From Candidatus Moraniibacteriota bacterium (lineage in GTDB: Bacteria > Patescibacteriota > Minisyncoccia > Moranbacterales > UBA1568): a stretch of DNA of 64,000 nucleotides. The stretch is taken from contig CP064975.1 in the NCBI GenBank assembly GCA_016699425.1, forward strand, positions 590,098 to 654,097, written 5' to 3'. The translations under genes were made by a program, and so were the position numbers. The first letter of the stretch is position 1; each line of letters begins with the position of its first letter. Positions 47,221 through 57,303 of the stretch are shown piece after piece. The notes beneath the pieces were generated by a model. That model saw nothing but the letters and a program-made list of their open reading frames with translations. It searched no databases and was not told where the DNA came from.

Positions 47221-47640
47221 ATGGACACATTCTTCAAGAGATCACTCGACAAATACGCGTCTGACGGACGACTCGCCATCGCCGCCAACCTCCTCTCGGA
47301 TATCGTCTGCGTCGGTTGGATCGCTTTTGCCGGTCTGTACGCCGTCGAAGTATTGCTCCCCACATTCGTCACCGCCCGACTCTCACTCGTGAAATTCGCT
47401 ATTCTGTTACTCGCGCTGACAAGTATCCTCGTCTGGCTCATTCAAAGTCTGGCACCGACGAAGCAACCATCAAATAGAATACTCTCGCGCCCCTTACGGA
47501 TTCTCCTCATTATAATTGCGATTGGTATCATTTCGCTTGCACACTATCGCTTCCCCTGGTGGAGCATCCCGATTATCGTCAGCGGCTACAGCCTCGTGCT
47601 GTGGCTCTTCTTCCGGCTCACCCGAGGTGGTGAACACTAA
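47221..47640 (+). CDS. hypothetical membrane protein
   Basis: 139 aa, 4 TM helices. Confidence 0.45.
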   Translation: MDTFFKRSLDKYASDGRLAIAANLLSDIVCVGWIAFAGLYAVEVLLPTFVTARLSLVKFAILLLALTSILVWLIQSLAPTKQPSNRILSRPLRILLIIIAIGIISLAHYRFPWWSIPIIVSGYSLVLWLFFRLTRGGEH

Positions 47641-48752
47641 CTGAGGATCGTATCGAGCGTTTCTCGCGCCGTCTGATCCCAAGAAAAACGCCTGAGTTCA
47701 CCGTTCGCTTTTTCCCGCAGCGAATCCTGCAATGGTCTATCGTTCCAGAGCAGGACGAGCTTTGCGGCGATGTCCGAAGTGTTTTCCGCATCGACATAGA
47801 GCGCGCCGTCACCCGCCACTTCGCGCAGACTGGAATTGTCGGCGGTGAGGACGGGCACGCCTGAAGCAAACGCCTCGAGAATTGGGAGCCCGAACCCCTC
47901 GTAGAGCGATGGAAAAGCGAACAAACGAGCCCCTTGATAGAGTGCTCGCAGGTCTTCGAAACTCACGCGTCCCGTAAGGACGATATCCTCCCGATAGACA
48001 CTCTGCTCTCTCGCAGTGAGGATTCCTTCCGAGAGCCAGGCGGGTTCACCGGCGAGCACCAGCCGCATCTCCGGGCAGGTTCTTTTCGCATGCTCGAAAG
48101 CCTGGATGAGGCGAACGAGGTTCTTGCGGGGCTGCAGGGCTCCGACGTAGAGCGCGTAGCTCGTAGGTTGTAGGTTGTAGCTTTTTAGTTTTTCCGATAC
48201 TGCATCCGGAGCGAGCCTCGCGCCGAAGAACTCAGCATCGAAGCCATGATGGATAACCCGGATAGTGTCCGGATCAAGTTCGGGGAAAAATTCAAGGAGA
48301 TCGCGTTTCGTAGACTCAGAAACCGCGATGAGTCGATCAGCCTGCCGCACCGCCGTGTCGAGCATGAAGTTGAGTTTACGGAGATGGCTCGGTGGGAAGG
48401 TTTCGGGAAAACGCCGGAAAGCGAGGTCGTGAATGGTCGCTGTCACCGTCAAGCCACGAGGCAAGATCACTGGAGCCGCCTGAATCGGCAGAAACAGCCG
48501 ATCGGGTCGGGACCGGAACATCTCCCACGCGAATCGCGTCTGCATCCATGCGTACGGAAACGGGAGCGTTTTGACGTGGTAATTGAGGAGATCTGGTGGG
48601 GCAAGCAAAGGATTAAAGGTCCCCCGATGGTACAGCAGAAACTGCGTCTCAGGCGACAACGCACCAAAGCGTTTGAGGAGTTCGCGCACATATACCCGCG
48701 TCCCATCAATCCGGACATGGTCGAGATCACTCGCTTGAATAGCCAGTTTCAT
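47637..48752 (-). CDS. glycosyltransferase family 1 (GT4)
   Basis: EX7E motif (FPSLYEGFGLPILEAFASGVPVL). Confidence 0.8.
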   Translation of the reverse strand: MKLAIQASDLDHVRIDGTRVYVRELLKRFGALSPETQFLLYHRGTFNPLLAPPDLLNYHVKTLPFPYAWMQTRFAWEMFRSRPDRLFLPIQAAPVILPRGLTVTATIHDLAFRRFPETFPPSHLRKLNFMLDTAVRQADRLIAVSESTKRDLLEFFPELDPDTIRVIHHGFDAEFFGARLAPDAVSEKLKSYNLQPTSYALYVGALQPRKNLVRLIQAFEHAKRTCPEMRLVLAGEPAWLSEGILTAREQSVYREDIVLTGRVSFEDLRALYQGARLFAFPSLYEGFGLPILEAFASGVPVLTADNSSLREVAGDGALYVDAENTSDIAAKLVLLWNDRPLQDSLREKANGELRRFSWDQTARETLDTILS

Positions 48753-49711
48753 ACCTTCGCTGCTCTCTCTCGACGGATCTGCATGAGTTCCACCGGTTCC
48801 GCGAAGAACATCTTTTCTTCCTTCACCGAGAATCGTTCGGCGACCGCCCCTTGTCCGGTGAAGTAGTCGATCACGGTCTGGATCCGATCCTCAGGTGCAC
48901 TCGCCCCACCAGTCACGCCAACTATTGAAACGCCATCAAACCACGCGGCTTCAAGGTCGCTCGCATCATCAACCAGGTAGGCCCGGGCACCGGCTTGCTC
49001 GGCCGTCTCGCGTAAACGATTGGAGTTGGACGAGGTCACCGATCCGACGACAATCACGATGGGGACGGTCTTTGCGAGTGCTTTGACTGCCTCCTGGCGA
49101 TTGGTTGTCGCATAGCAGATATCTTCAAGCGGCGGAGCGACGATCTGGGGATATTTCTTTCGGAGTGCCGCGATGACGGCTCGCGTCTCATCGATGGACA
49201 AGGTCGTCTGCGTCAGATACACGAGTTTATCTGATGTTGGGAGTGTCAAAGCTTCGACATCTGCGACCGTCTCAACCACCGGAATACTGACACCCGGCGC
49301 TTCACCGAGCACCCCGACACCCTCGATATGACCACGGTGGCCGATATAGATGATCCGGTAGCCCTCTTTGATAAATCGCAACACCTCGAGGTGAACTTTG
49401 GTCACCAGTGGACAGGTTGCATCGATGAGATGGAGCTGGCGCTCTCGGGCTACCTCATAATGAGCGCGCGGCGAACCGTGGGCGGAGAAGATGACCACCG
49501 AACCCTCAGGCACTTCCTCGAGTGTTTCGACCGTGATCGCGCCTTGCTTCGTGATCGCATCGACCACATGCTTGTTGTGGACGATCTCATGCTTCACATA
49601 CACCGGCGCACCGAATATCGCCAGCGTATCCTCGACTGCCTTCACCGCCCGAGCGACCCCCGCACAAAACCCGTGCGGCTGTGCAATGAGGACTTTCTTG
49701 ATAGAATTCAT
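48749..49711 (-). CDS. ispH: 4-hydroxy-3-methylbut-2-enyl diphosphate reductase
   Basis: AQPHGFCAGVARAV and three conserved Cys/His clusters of LytB/IspH. Confidence 0.9.
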   Translation of the reverse strand: MNSIKKVLIAQPHGFCAGVARAVKAVEDTLAIFGAPVYVKHEIVHNKHVVDAITKQGAITVETLEEVPEGSVVIFSAHGSPRAHYEVARERQLHLIDATCPLVTKVHLEVLRFIKEGYRIIYIGHRGHIEGVGVLGEAPGVSIPVVETVADVEALTLPTSDKLVYLTQTTLSIDETRAVIAALRKKYPQIVAPPLEDICYATTNRQEAVKALAKTVPIVIVVGSVTSSNSNRLRETAEQAGARAYLVDDASDLEAAWFDGVSIVGVTGGASAPEDRIQTVIDYFTGQGAVAERFSVKEEKMFFAEPVELMQIRRERAAKV

Positions 49712-49826
49712 AGAGATTCACTATCCCAATGTCAGGATTTCATTACTCATTGACAAAAGCGAGGATCAACGATACTCTCTGCCTCAAACTACAGTATACC
49801 ATTCTGGTATATTAGAATAATCCGGA

Positions 49827-50273
49827 ATGAGAAACACTATGCCCGAAAAATCCCGCCCCTGTAAACTCGGTATGGTCTTCGGTGTCTTTGATGGACTCCA
49901 TCCCGGACATCAGAATTTCCTTCTCGAAGCGGCTCAATCCTGCGAGAAGCTCGTTGTGGTAGTCGCTCGGACAAGTATCGTCCGGAAGCTCAAGGGACAT
50001 GCTCCCCGGCACGGTACCCGCGTCCGGATGAATGCCATTCGAAGTTTCCTGGATCATGCCCACATCGTCCCGAGCGATCGAACTATCGGAAAGTGGCGCG
50101 TCCTCCGAGACCACTCACCAGACATAGTCTTCCTTGGCTATGACCAGGAGCGGATGGCCGAAAGCCTCACTCAAATCAAACAGCCCTTCCAATTCCTCAG
50201 TCCCCATCAACCGAAGAGATTCAAGTCCAGTCTGCTACACACGTCCGAGGAAAAGAAGAGGATCTCCCGATAG
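49827..50273 (+). CDS. FMN adenylyltransferase-like cytidylyltransferase-fold protein (stand-alone RibF N-domain)
   Basis: GVFDGLHPGHQ (HxGH nucleotidyltransferase motif); 148 aa; faces the rib operon convergently. Confidence 0.65.
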   Translation: MRNTMPEKSRPCKLGMVFGVFDGLHPGHQNFLLEAAQSCEKLVVVVARTSIVRKLKGHAPRHGTRVRMNAIRSFLDHAHIVPSDRTIGKWRVLRDHSPDIVFLGYDQERMAESLTQIKQPFQFLSPHQPKRFKSSLLHTSEEKKRISR

Positions 50274-50275
50274 AG

Positions 50276-50737
50276 CTAGAGGAGTGCTGCTTCAAGCGCG
50301 GCCGCCGTCGCTTCCCGACCCTTGTTATTCCCCTGTGTTGATCGGGCGATGGCTTGTTCGAGTGTGTTGACCGTCAACACGCCGAGCGTAATCGGGATCT
50401 CATACTTGATCGTCAGGTCAATGAGCCCTTGGGCCACTGCCTGAGCGATGATCTGGTCATGGTTGGTCTCACCCTTCACAACACAACCAAGCGTGACAAT
50501 TGCATCCGGCCGATGCTGCTTCATCAGTGAGACACAACCATAAGGGATTTCGAAGCTTCCCGAAACCTGCATCACAAAGATATTCTTCTTCTCCACCCTC
50601 CACTCTCCGAGCTCCGCCAATGCACCCCGAAGGAGTTTCTTGGCGATTGCCTCATAGTAAGGCGAGACAACAATTCCGACTCTGAGCCGCGAGGCATCCC
50701 TCCTGTTGGTGCGACTGACACTGCGTTTCCTTTGCAT
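50276..50737 (-). CDS. ribH: 6,7-dimethyl-8-ribityllumazine synthase
   Basis: …RVGIVVSPYYEAIAKKLLRGA…VMQVSGSFEIPYG… lumazine synthase core. Confidence 0.85.
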   Translation of the reverse strand: MQRKRSVSRTNRRDASRLRVGIVVSPYYEAIAKKLLRGALAELGEWRVEKKNIFVMQVSGSFEIPYGCVSLMKQHRPDAIVTLGCVVKGETNHDQIIAQAVAQGLIDLTIKYEIPITLGVLTVNTLEQAIARSTQGNNKGREATAAALEAALL

Positions 50738-50749
50738 AGGATTGATTCG

Positions 50750-51343
50750 TCAATGATTACTCTTTCCGAGGGCGTTCACCACATAGCGGGCCAAGAGATC
50801 CACCTCGAGATTCACCACACTCCCCTCTTCCAATAATTGCAGGTTCGAATGCCGCAGTGTATATGGAATGAGCGCCACTGTAAACGTCCGCTCCGTTTTA
50901 CGCGCCACAGTGAGGCTGACACCATTGACGGTAATCGCACCGTGTGGAGCGATATACGGTTTCAATGCCGGCGGAATGTTCACGGTCACTTCATGTTTCC
51001 CATGGACTTTCACAATTGATACGACCTCACTCGAACTATCGACATGCCCCTGAATGAGATGGCCATCCAAGGGTGATCGCAGCGTCACAGACCGCTCCAG
51101 ATTGAGCTCCGTTCCGCGCTCGACAAACTGCATAGTCGTCTTGGACAATGTTTCCGGCATATACTCGACATTGAAAGCGACCGGGCTCTGGCTCACTACC
51201 GTCGTACAGACTCCATCGATCGAGACGCTCTGCCCTTTCCGAAGTTTCCAATTCCTCGGCTTCCCGATCCGGACGTGACGAGAGCCATCTTTGTCCTGAA
51301 CCGAGAGCACGGGTTTTACTGCTTCGATGATACCGGTAAACAT
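50750..51343 (-). CDS. ribE: riboflavin synthase alpha subunit
   Basis: MFTGIIEAVKPV start and duplicated lumazine-binding half-domains. Confidence 0.9.
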   Translation of the reverse strand: MFTGIIEAVKPVLSVQDKDGSRHVRIGKPRNWKLRKGQSVSIDGVCTTVVSQSPVAFNVEYMPETLSKTTMQFVERGTELNLERSVTLRSPLDGHLIQGHVDSSSEVVSIVKVHGKHEVTVNIPPALKPYIAPHGAITVNGVSLTVARKTERTFTVALIPYTLRHSNLQLLEEGSVVNLEVDLLARYVVNALGKSNH

Positions 51344-51356
51344 AAAAAATAGGTCT

Positions 51357-51716
51357 CTAGATCTGAAAATAATCCTTCACTTTCTGCACAACCTGAGTAA
51401 TGAATTCTCGGGCATCAGTTTCCGATGTGAATTCAGCTGCTTCCGCGACTTTCGCCAGGAGGGTGATGCGAATTTCTTCGCCATAGAGATCGCCTGAAAA
51501 CCCAAAGAGATGAGCCTCGAGAAGCTGCCTCCCCTGATTCGCATATACCGCAGCGCGATATTCTCTCTCTCCGACCCATACCAGACCTGCATAGGTACCG
51601 GAAATATTCGGCTGATCGAAGTGAATATTGGCTGTCGGGAAGCCGATCGGTTTCCCGAGTTCCATGCCTTTCTCCACCACCCCGCTCTGCTCGTACACAA
51701 ATTCCTTCATCATCAC
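51357..51716 (-). CDS. riboflavin kinase (stand-alone RibF C-domain)
   Basis: GKPIGFPTANIHF flavokinase motif; 119 aa. Confidence 0.8.
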   Translation of the reverse strand: MMMKEFVYEQSGVVEKGMELGKPIGFPTANIHFDQPNISGTYAGLVWVGEREYRAAVYANQGRQLLEAHLFGFSGDLYGEEIRITLLAKVAEAAEFTSETDAREFITQVVQKVKDYFQI

Positions 51717-51767
51717 ATCATCATTAGGATTCCAGTTTCAATCACTATTCTTTCACGTTTTCTTCTC

Positions 51768-51796
51768 ATTGACAAGTATAGATATTGATGCTAGAA
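51768..51796 (+). promoter_or_regulatory. sigma70-like promoter for 51871-52367
   Basis: TTGACA, 17-nt spacer, TAGAAT; about 70 nt upstream of a GGAGGTG RBS and ATG. Confidence 0.5.
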
Positions 51797-51870
51797 TGTG
51801 CAATCAACTGGGGAGCATTCCTCTTTTGATGCATTCCTTGTCAATTGTAGTCCACAGCACAGGAGGTGCA

Positions 51871-52367
51871 CCATGACAACTGCGTTTCTCATCTCTCACG
51901 GCAAGCGGTATGAGGGGTTTAACCCGCTTCACACAAAAGACGGGCGCGAACAATTAGCCCGCCTCACCATCCCATCCGGTGTGACCAGGGTCGTCGCCGG
52001 AAGTGGCCGACGCTTCCAGGAAATCGCCGACGCTATCCGCCGCAAGTTGCCCATAGCGTCAGATGTGCCCTTTGAAACTTCCCCTTTCTGCGGCTCATGC
52101 GACGGCATCCGCTTCGGTAAGAATCCGGGCGAAGGCGACATGATCGTCTTGTCGGAGGGAGAAGTGCCGGTCGAGAAATATCTCGGCCTCGTCGGGACCC
52201 CGGGCTTCGATCCGTGGGCGTTCGTCAACGGACTGGGCAATGGCGCGTTGCTCTGCGGCGGCGGAGAACTACTACTTGCCCTCGGCTACAGTGGAGTCCC
52301 TCCGAAAGGGGCCCTGTTCGGCCTCGACGCCTTAACCAAGGAGATCACCCTGCTCCAACAGGGCTGA
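51871..52367 (+). CDS. SixA-sized histidine-phosphatase-fold protein with variant SHG catalytic motif
   Basis: MTTAFLISHGKRYEGF…DGREQLARLT parallels the RHG…LTxxG signature of PGAM/SixA-type phosphatases but with Ser in place of Arg; 165 aa; RBS caggaggtgcaccATG. Confidence 0.5.
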
Positions 52368-52441
52368 TCCACTCCCCTCGCCCCCGCTCCGCTTCCTCTC
52401 CTTTCACGCATCGCGCGAATGGTCGAGGAGTGGGGCTTTTT

Positions 52442-53848
52442 TTATTCTCCGAGAATCCGCACCACCCCCTCATTGGCATTCACCTCGACCAAGTCGCCAT
52501 CCTTAAGTACCTGCGTCGCAATCTTGGTGCCGATGATACAGGGGATGCCAAGCTCGCGGGAGACGATAGCCGCATGACAGGTTATCCCACCCTCATTGGT
52601 GACTACGGCCCCAGCCCGCTTCATGATCGGTACAAACTCTGGCCGCGTCATGCTCGTCACGAGTATGTCCCCCTCTTGAAAGCCATGATCATCGTGAGGG
52701 TCGGATACAACCCGCACGATTCCTTGCACGCGTCCGCGGCAAGCCGTTTGCCCCTTCAGCTCACTGGAGTCATGGACCTGATGTTTCGTCCAGGCATCAA
52801 ATTGTGCTATGGCATCTGGGAAATCACAGTACTCGACTTCGTACGAATGATCAGGATTCGCGAGATAGAGACATCCCTGATCCCGAGTGCTGATGTCGTC
52901 TTGTTTGCTCTTCAGATATGCAACTCCTTTTGTATATTCAGCGAGCAGAATATAGGGCACAAACCTCGGTTCTATACCGGCTCGCTCGGTCATGAGAGTG
53001 CCGACCTCGAGCATGACGGCGAGCATCTGAGCGATCGGATCCTTCCGGATATCACGTAAACGCATAACGAGCTGTGCATATTCGACGAGACGCCGTGCGT
53101 CTGGCGTGAGCGTCTCTCGCCAGGCCAGATGCGCATTCGCTCGATCTTGTGCCTCCGTATAGAGGCGCTCCGCTTCTTGTGTCTTCTCGGGGAGATGAGA
53201 TCGGACATCGTCCAGTGCCACCGCGATCTCGTCGTCGCTCTTCGACCGGAAGTAATCCGTGAACATGAACTTCGCCTTCCGCACGATGTCGCCCTGGCCA
53301 GCCGCTACGAGCTCGGTCATATTGCAGAGATAGCGCCCCTCAAAAGAGACAAAGGTCGCCTGTGTCGCGCGTTCCCATATCGCGTCGAGTTCACTCCTAT
53401 GCTCGATACCGATGACATCGAGTATCTTGTCGTGGTCGATCGTCTCGATATAGATAGTCGCTAGCAGTTCGGGGTACAGACGATTCATAATGACAAGCAT
53501 ATACTCCTGCAGTTCCGCGTCCGCTAGCTCAGAGAGCGTCTTGTCGGTCACCTCGTCATACAACTGCCGCGCATCCCGCTCGTATACGCGATACTCCTCT
53601 TCGAGTTCTCGGAGCGATATCGTCCCCGCATAGTATTGGCGAAATTTCTCTGTCGCGAGGGAAAAATATCTTTTCTCATTCAGAGCGATGCAGGTATCGC
53701 GCCCCTTCGCGAGAAAAAGGGTGTGTAGCGGATACTCCTGGGTATTCCATGGTACGCACATGAAGAAGGGTGCCATCGTGGCGTGAATGACAAAGACTGG
53801 GTCATCACCGACTATACTCTTAAATTTTTCCAGTATCTCGTAAGTCAT
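52442..53848 (-). CDS. PEP-utilising-enzyme mobile (phosphohistidine swivel) domain protein, paralog 1
   Basis: C-terminal GDILVTSMTRPEFVPIMKRAGAVVTNEGGITCHAAIVSRELGIPCIIGTKIATQVLKDGDLVEV, i.e. PpsA/PPDK-type swivel His (CHAAI). The ~380-aa N-terminal region belongs to no recognised family. Confidence 0.8.
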   Translation of the reverse strand: MTYEILEKFKSIVGDDPVFVIHATMAPFFMCVPWNTQEYPLHTLFLAKGRDTCIALNEKRYFSLATEKFRQYYAGTISLRELEEEYRVYERDARQLYDEVTDKTLSELADAELQEYMLVIMNRLYPELLATIYIETIDHDKILDVIGIEHRSELDAIWERATQATFVSFEGRYLCNMTELVAAGQGDIVRKAKFMFTDYFRSKSDDEIAVALDDVRSHLPEKTQEAERLYTEAQDRANAHLAWRETLTPDARRLVEYAQLVMRLRDIRKDPIAQMLAVMLEVGTLMTERAGIEPRFVPYILLAEYTKGVAYLKSKQDDISTRDQGCLYLANPDHSYEVEYCDFPDAIAQFDAWTKHQVHDSSELKGQTACRGRVQGIVRVVSDPHDDHGFQEGDILVTSMTRPEFVPIMKRAGAVVTNEGGITCHAAIVSRELGIPCIIGTKIATQVLKDGDLVEVNANEGVVRILGE

Positions 53849-53889
53849 ATTCCATACTACGTCCTAGAATGAGCATCAGGTATCGCTCA

Positions 53890-54849
53890 CTATTCCTGCT
53901 GATTGGCAGTGGTTACGAGTGTTTCGAATGCCTTCCGGTCATCGATAATTTTCGCCAATACCTCTCGACCAAATTGGACCGACTCCTTCCGATCACCTTG
54001 CTCGGCATCCTTGATCGTGTATGTCAGCACGATGGTCTGATCCATTCCGGTATTTACGATCTCGATACGCACACCCTCAGCCTCCAAAAAACCCGAACCG
54101 ATAGACTGTACGAACTTATCCTTGGCCTCCACACCTTTGACGGTCTCAAGTACTTTGGCAGTGAAGCACTCCGCGATACCCATATGTGTCCCTAGGTATC
54201 GCTCAAGTTGATTTCCGGTTTCCTCATATTTCCCCTCTGTATCCCTAGCAACGATCCGCTGGAAATTATTTCCCACCGTCGCATAGCGGGCGACGATCTC
54301 GGCTACGTTCCCGGCCATTCGGGTATACGTCGAGGATTTTTCATCTCCCTTTTCAATCGCGTCTCGATCACTGTCATTCATCGCCCATGGCAGGTAGCGC
54401 TTTTCCATATATGCCTTCACACCATCAGGACCGATCGGACCCTCATCAGTGAAACCCAAGCGATCATCCACGAGCATCTTTTTCCCATAGTGAACCTGCT
54501 CCGCGACCTTCGCTTCGATCACCTCAAGCGAATCATCTGGAGAAATATCCTCGTTGGCGAGCATCACCCGGTACGCCGTCTCCTGGGTCCGTACGCGCGA
54601 ACTCCCCATGCCCATGGCAACTTCCGGCTGAGGGTCGACTGTCTTCCCATGCTCGGTGACTTGTGCGCGGCCCTCTGGAGTCAGGCGCAGATTCGGATTT
54701 GCCTCCTCTTCCACTGTCTTCCCTCTCTCTCGCTTTCCATGGCGCATGAGTTCCAGGATCACCCTCGTGATTTGTTTTGGCTCTTGTTCTTTACTTTCTG
54801 GTCCCCGCTCGGGGCCACCCTCCATTGACTTGAAACTTCCCCCTTCCAT
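53890..54849 (-). CDS. histidine phosphatase superfamily protein (PGAM-like, branch 1)
   Basis: …ILELMRHGKRERG…LRLTPEGRAQVTEHGK… (RHGxR…LTxxG…H). Confidence 0.7.
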   Translation of the reverse strand: MEGGSFKSMEGGPERGPESKEQEPKQITRVILELMRHGKRERGKTVEEEANPNLRLTPEGRAQVTEHGKTVDPQPEVAMGMGSSRVRTQETAYRVMLANEDISPDDSLEVIEAKVAEQVHYGKKMLVDDRLGFTDEGPIGPDGVKAYMEKRYLPWAMNDSDRDAIEKGDEKSSTYTRMAGNVAEIVARYATVGNNFQRIVARDTEGKYEETGNQLERYLGTHMGIAECFTAKVLETVKGVEAKDKFVQSIGSGFLEAEGVRIEIVNTGMDQTIVLTYTIKDAEQGDRKESVQFGREVLAKIIDDRKAFETLVTTANQQE

Positions 54850-55058
54850 ACTTGTTTTCTTAAAAGTTTATAGTCTAGCGTATGACTCCTCTATTTTGAC
54901 ACAGAGCGTGTATTCTTGGAATTTGTCGACATCGGGATGTGCCGACGATTGACAGGACTATCGAATTGTGCTATCTTATCTTGTCAGAGCGACTCAAGTG
55001 TTGCTTTGATGAAACACCTTGACAACCCGATCAACGATCAAACCCAGGAGGTTACACC

Positions 55059-55754
55059 ATGATCGAACCCGTTTATACTGAACATCCTCTGCGTGGCATT
55101 TCGATGGCTCGAATGTCGGCACTCAGAGACAGGCTGCGGCCCGATGTGGAGTTCCACATCTACCGGCACGGCAATGCCGCCCCGCAAGCGAGTACGGCTG
55201 ATGGCACCGATTTCCAGCGTCAGCTGACGGAAAAGGGCCGGTCACAGGTCCGCAGGCTCGGTCAGAAGATCGTCGGGATTCCCTATGACCTGGTGATCTC
55301 GTCGCCGGCACCCCGCGCCATCCATACGGCACTGATCGCCACCGTTGAAAGCCGGATCGATTCCAATCCGATGTTCCACATCGGCACGGGGGTGCAGTTC
55401 TACTCGCCGACGACCCCGGGGCATTTCGCCGAGCTCCTCCGAATCGGCGCTGGACTACAATACAACAACTACGGCGAGTATCTCCGGGCCGACACGATGT
55501 CGATCTGGCCAACCTTCCGAGCCGAGATGCTCGGTAACCTACTCGGGATCCTCGGGATCGCAGCCGCCCGGCAGATTTTCGTGAGCAATCACGGAGTAAT
55601 CGGAAGCTGCCTCGCCGAGGCACTACTCCAGGTCCTCGCCGGCGAGATAGACGAACAGAGTCGGGAGGTGCTCTACAACACATCGGCGGCTGAGTGTAGC
55701 TGCTTCCAAGTGTCGAGAGCCGGCGTGCAATACATCGACTACCTGGCCACCTGA
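55059..55754 (+). CDS. histidine phosphatase family protein (SixA/PGAM-like)
   Basis: VEFHIYRHGNAAPQ…QRQLTEKGRSQVRRLGQKI…ISSPAPRAIHTA matches the canonical RHG/LTxKG/…SP..R…T signature. Confidence 0.75.
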   Translation: MIEPVYTEHPLRGISMARMSALRDRLRPDVEFHIYRHGNAAPQASTADGTDFQRQLTEKGRSQVRRLGQKIVGIPYDLVISSPAPRAIHTALIATVESRIDSNPMFHIGTGVQFYSPTTPGHFAELLRIGAGLQYNNYGEYLRADTMSIWPTFRAEMLGNLLGILGIAAARQIFVSNHGVIGSCLAEALLQVLAGEIDEQSREVLYNTSAAECSCFQVSRAGVQYIDYLAT

Positions 55755-55771
55755 TCACCCACCAACCGCAA

Positions 55772-55824
55772 CGCCCCGGAAGGGACGCCGCTCAATGAGC
55801 GCTGTCTCTCCGGGGCTTTTTTTT
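55772..55824 (+). terminator. intrinsic terminator
   Basis: gccccgga…tccggggc stem followed by T9. Confidence 0.5.
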
Positions 55825-55832
55825 TGAAGGGA

Positions 55833-57302
55833 TTATCCTGCCCGCTCGAGCACTCGCACCACCCCGTTGTCCGCGTCCACTTCGACCAGATCACCGTCGT
55901 GAAGTACTTGTGTTGCAATTTTCGTACCGATGATGCAGGGTTTTCGGAGCTCACGGGCGACGATGGCCGCGTGACAGGTGATGCCGCCTTCATCCGTGAT
56001 AATGGCAGTTGCTCGTTTCATAAGTGGAACAAACTCCGGACGAGTCATCCCGGTGACGAGGATATCGCCATCTCTGAAGTGGTCGAATTTGCTGGCATCC
56101 AATACTATACATGCCTTTCCCTGGATTTTCCCTGGTGATCCGATCTGCCCCCGTAGCGTATCTCCATTTTTTCCACCGGTAACCGATTGAACGTAAAACT
56201 CAGTGAGCTGCTGTTTGGCGATATCATACTCAATCGGCTCAAGCGTGATCGTTCCATCAAACTCGATGAGCAGAACAGCTCCATTCTTTCGCGCTTCAAT
56301 TTCAGTGGCATGCAGCTTCAGATACTCAACTCCGAGCAACATCTCATCGAACTGAATAGAGGTTATCAACGCATGATCCATCCGGGCTTCAGTCAGCACC
56401 TTTTCATAAATAAGCCACCAAATAACCAATGCCTTGGCAAAAAGATTCTTTCTCCGATCGCGGTATTCAATAATTCTCTGTATATACCAAACCAAAGCCT
56501 GCTCATCTTTTGAAAGCGTCTTGGTCCAATCATCAAGACGAGTCCTCGCTTCTTCTAATACATTATCCAGCGCCATCAATTTCAAACGAGCCTGATCTGG
56601 TGTGAAGGCGCCATATTCACTATCGATTTTCTCAGCCGTTTTTTCCAATGTTTCCACACCGAAATAGTTAGAGAAAATAAATCGGGCATTCTCTATTCTG
56701 TATTCATAAGGTCTGCCTTCGGCTATCGTCTTCAAAACAGATCGCTGCTGCGCTTTTTCGAACGACTCGACTGCTGGATGTGTCGCCCTCTCCCAGATTT
56801 CATCAAGTCGTTCTTGAAAGATCAAGGAATCGACCTCCTTCAGTACATCGAAACAAATCTCTTTATCGAAATACACCGTGAAAAATATGAAACCATTCAG
56901 GCCCCAGACTTCATCCCGAATAGCATCCATGACAGGGAGTAGTTCGCTTGTCGGAATTTCTAAGACTTTCTTACTGGTATACTCTTCGTAGAGTGAAGAT
57001 ATATGAGCCTCTATCTCATCAAATGTACGAAAACGATTTTCAGCCTCATTCGAGCCACTGAGGTACGATCTGAAAATATAACGAGAGCAATATTCGAGGG
57101 TATCGGCGGGAAGCATCTGCAGAGAATCCCCTTCTTTGGCAATCAGAATGAGATGCAGCGGCGGAAGGCCGGGATAGTAATCTCCAAAATATTTTGCCGT
57201 ATTAAATGCAGAACCTTGTCCAAAAAAAGTATAATTATGAAGCGGTGGCCACAGCTTCCGCCCATTCATCAAACCACTGAATTTTTGTAGCGCATTATTC
57301 AT
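55833..57302 (-). CDS. PEP-utilising-enzyme mobile domain protein, paralog 2
   Basis: C-terminal GDILVTGMTRPEFVPLMKRATAIITDEGGITCHAAIVARELRKPCIIGTKIATQVLHDGDLVEVDADNGVV. Confidence 0.8.
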   Translation of the reverse strand: MNNALQKFSGLMNGRKLWPPLHNYTFFGQGSAFNTAKYFGDYYPGLPPLHLILIAKEGDSLQMLPADTLEYCSRYIFRSYLSGSNEAENRFRTFDEIEAHISSLYEEYTSKKVLEIPTSELLPVMDAIRDEVWGLNGFIFFTVYFDKEICFDVLKEVDSLIFQERLDEIWERATHPAVESFEKAQQRSVLKTIAEGRPYEYRIENARFIFSNYFGVETLEKTAEKIDSEYGAFTPDQARLKLMALDNVLEEARTRLDDWTKTLSKDEQALVWYIQRIIEYRDRRKNLFAKALVIWWLIYEKVLTEARMDHALITSIQFDEMLLGVEYLKLHATEIEARKNGAVLLIEFDGTITLEPIEYDIAKQQLTEFYVQSVTGGKNGDTLRGQIGSPGKIQGKACIVLDASKFDHFRDGDILVTGMTRPEFVPLMKRATAIITDEGGITCHAAIVARELRKPCIIGTKIATQVLHDGDLVEVDADNGVVRVLERAG

Positions 57303-57303
57303 A

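Noticed and set aside
51717-51870. Possible FMN riboswitch upstream of the rib operon
   Set aside because: Neither strand contains the conserved RFN core (GGGG…CCGGCGGTA…GGATG). The region instead carries a plus-strand TTGACA-17-TAGAAT promoter and RBS for the 51871 gene.
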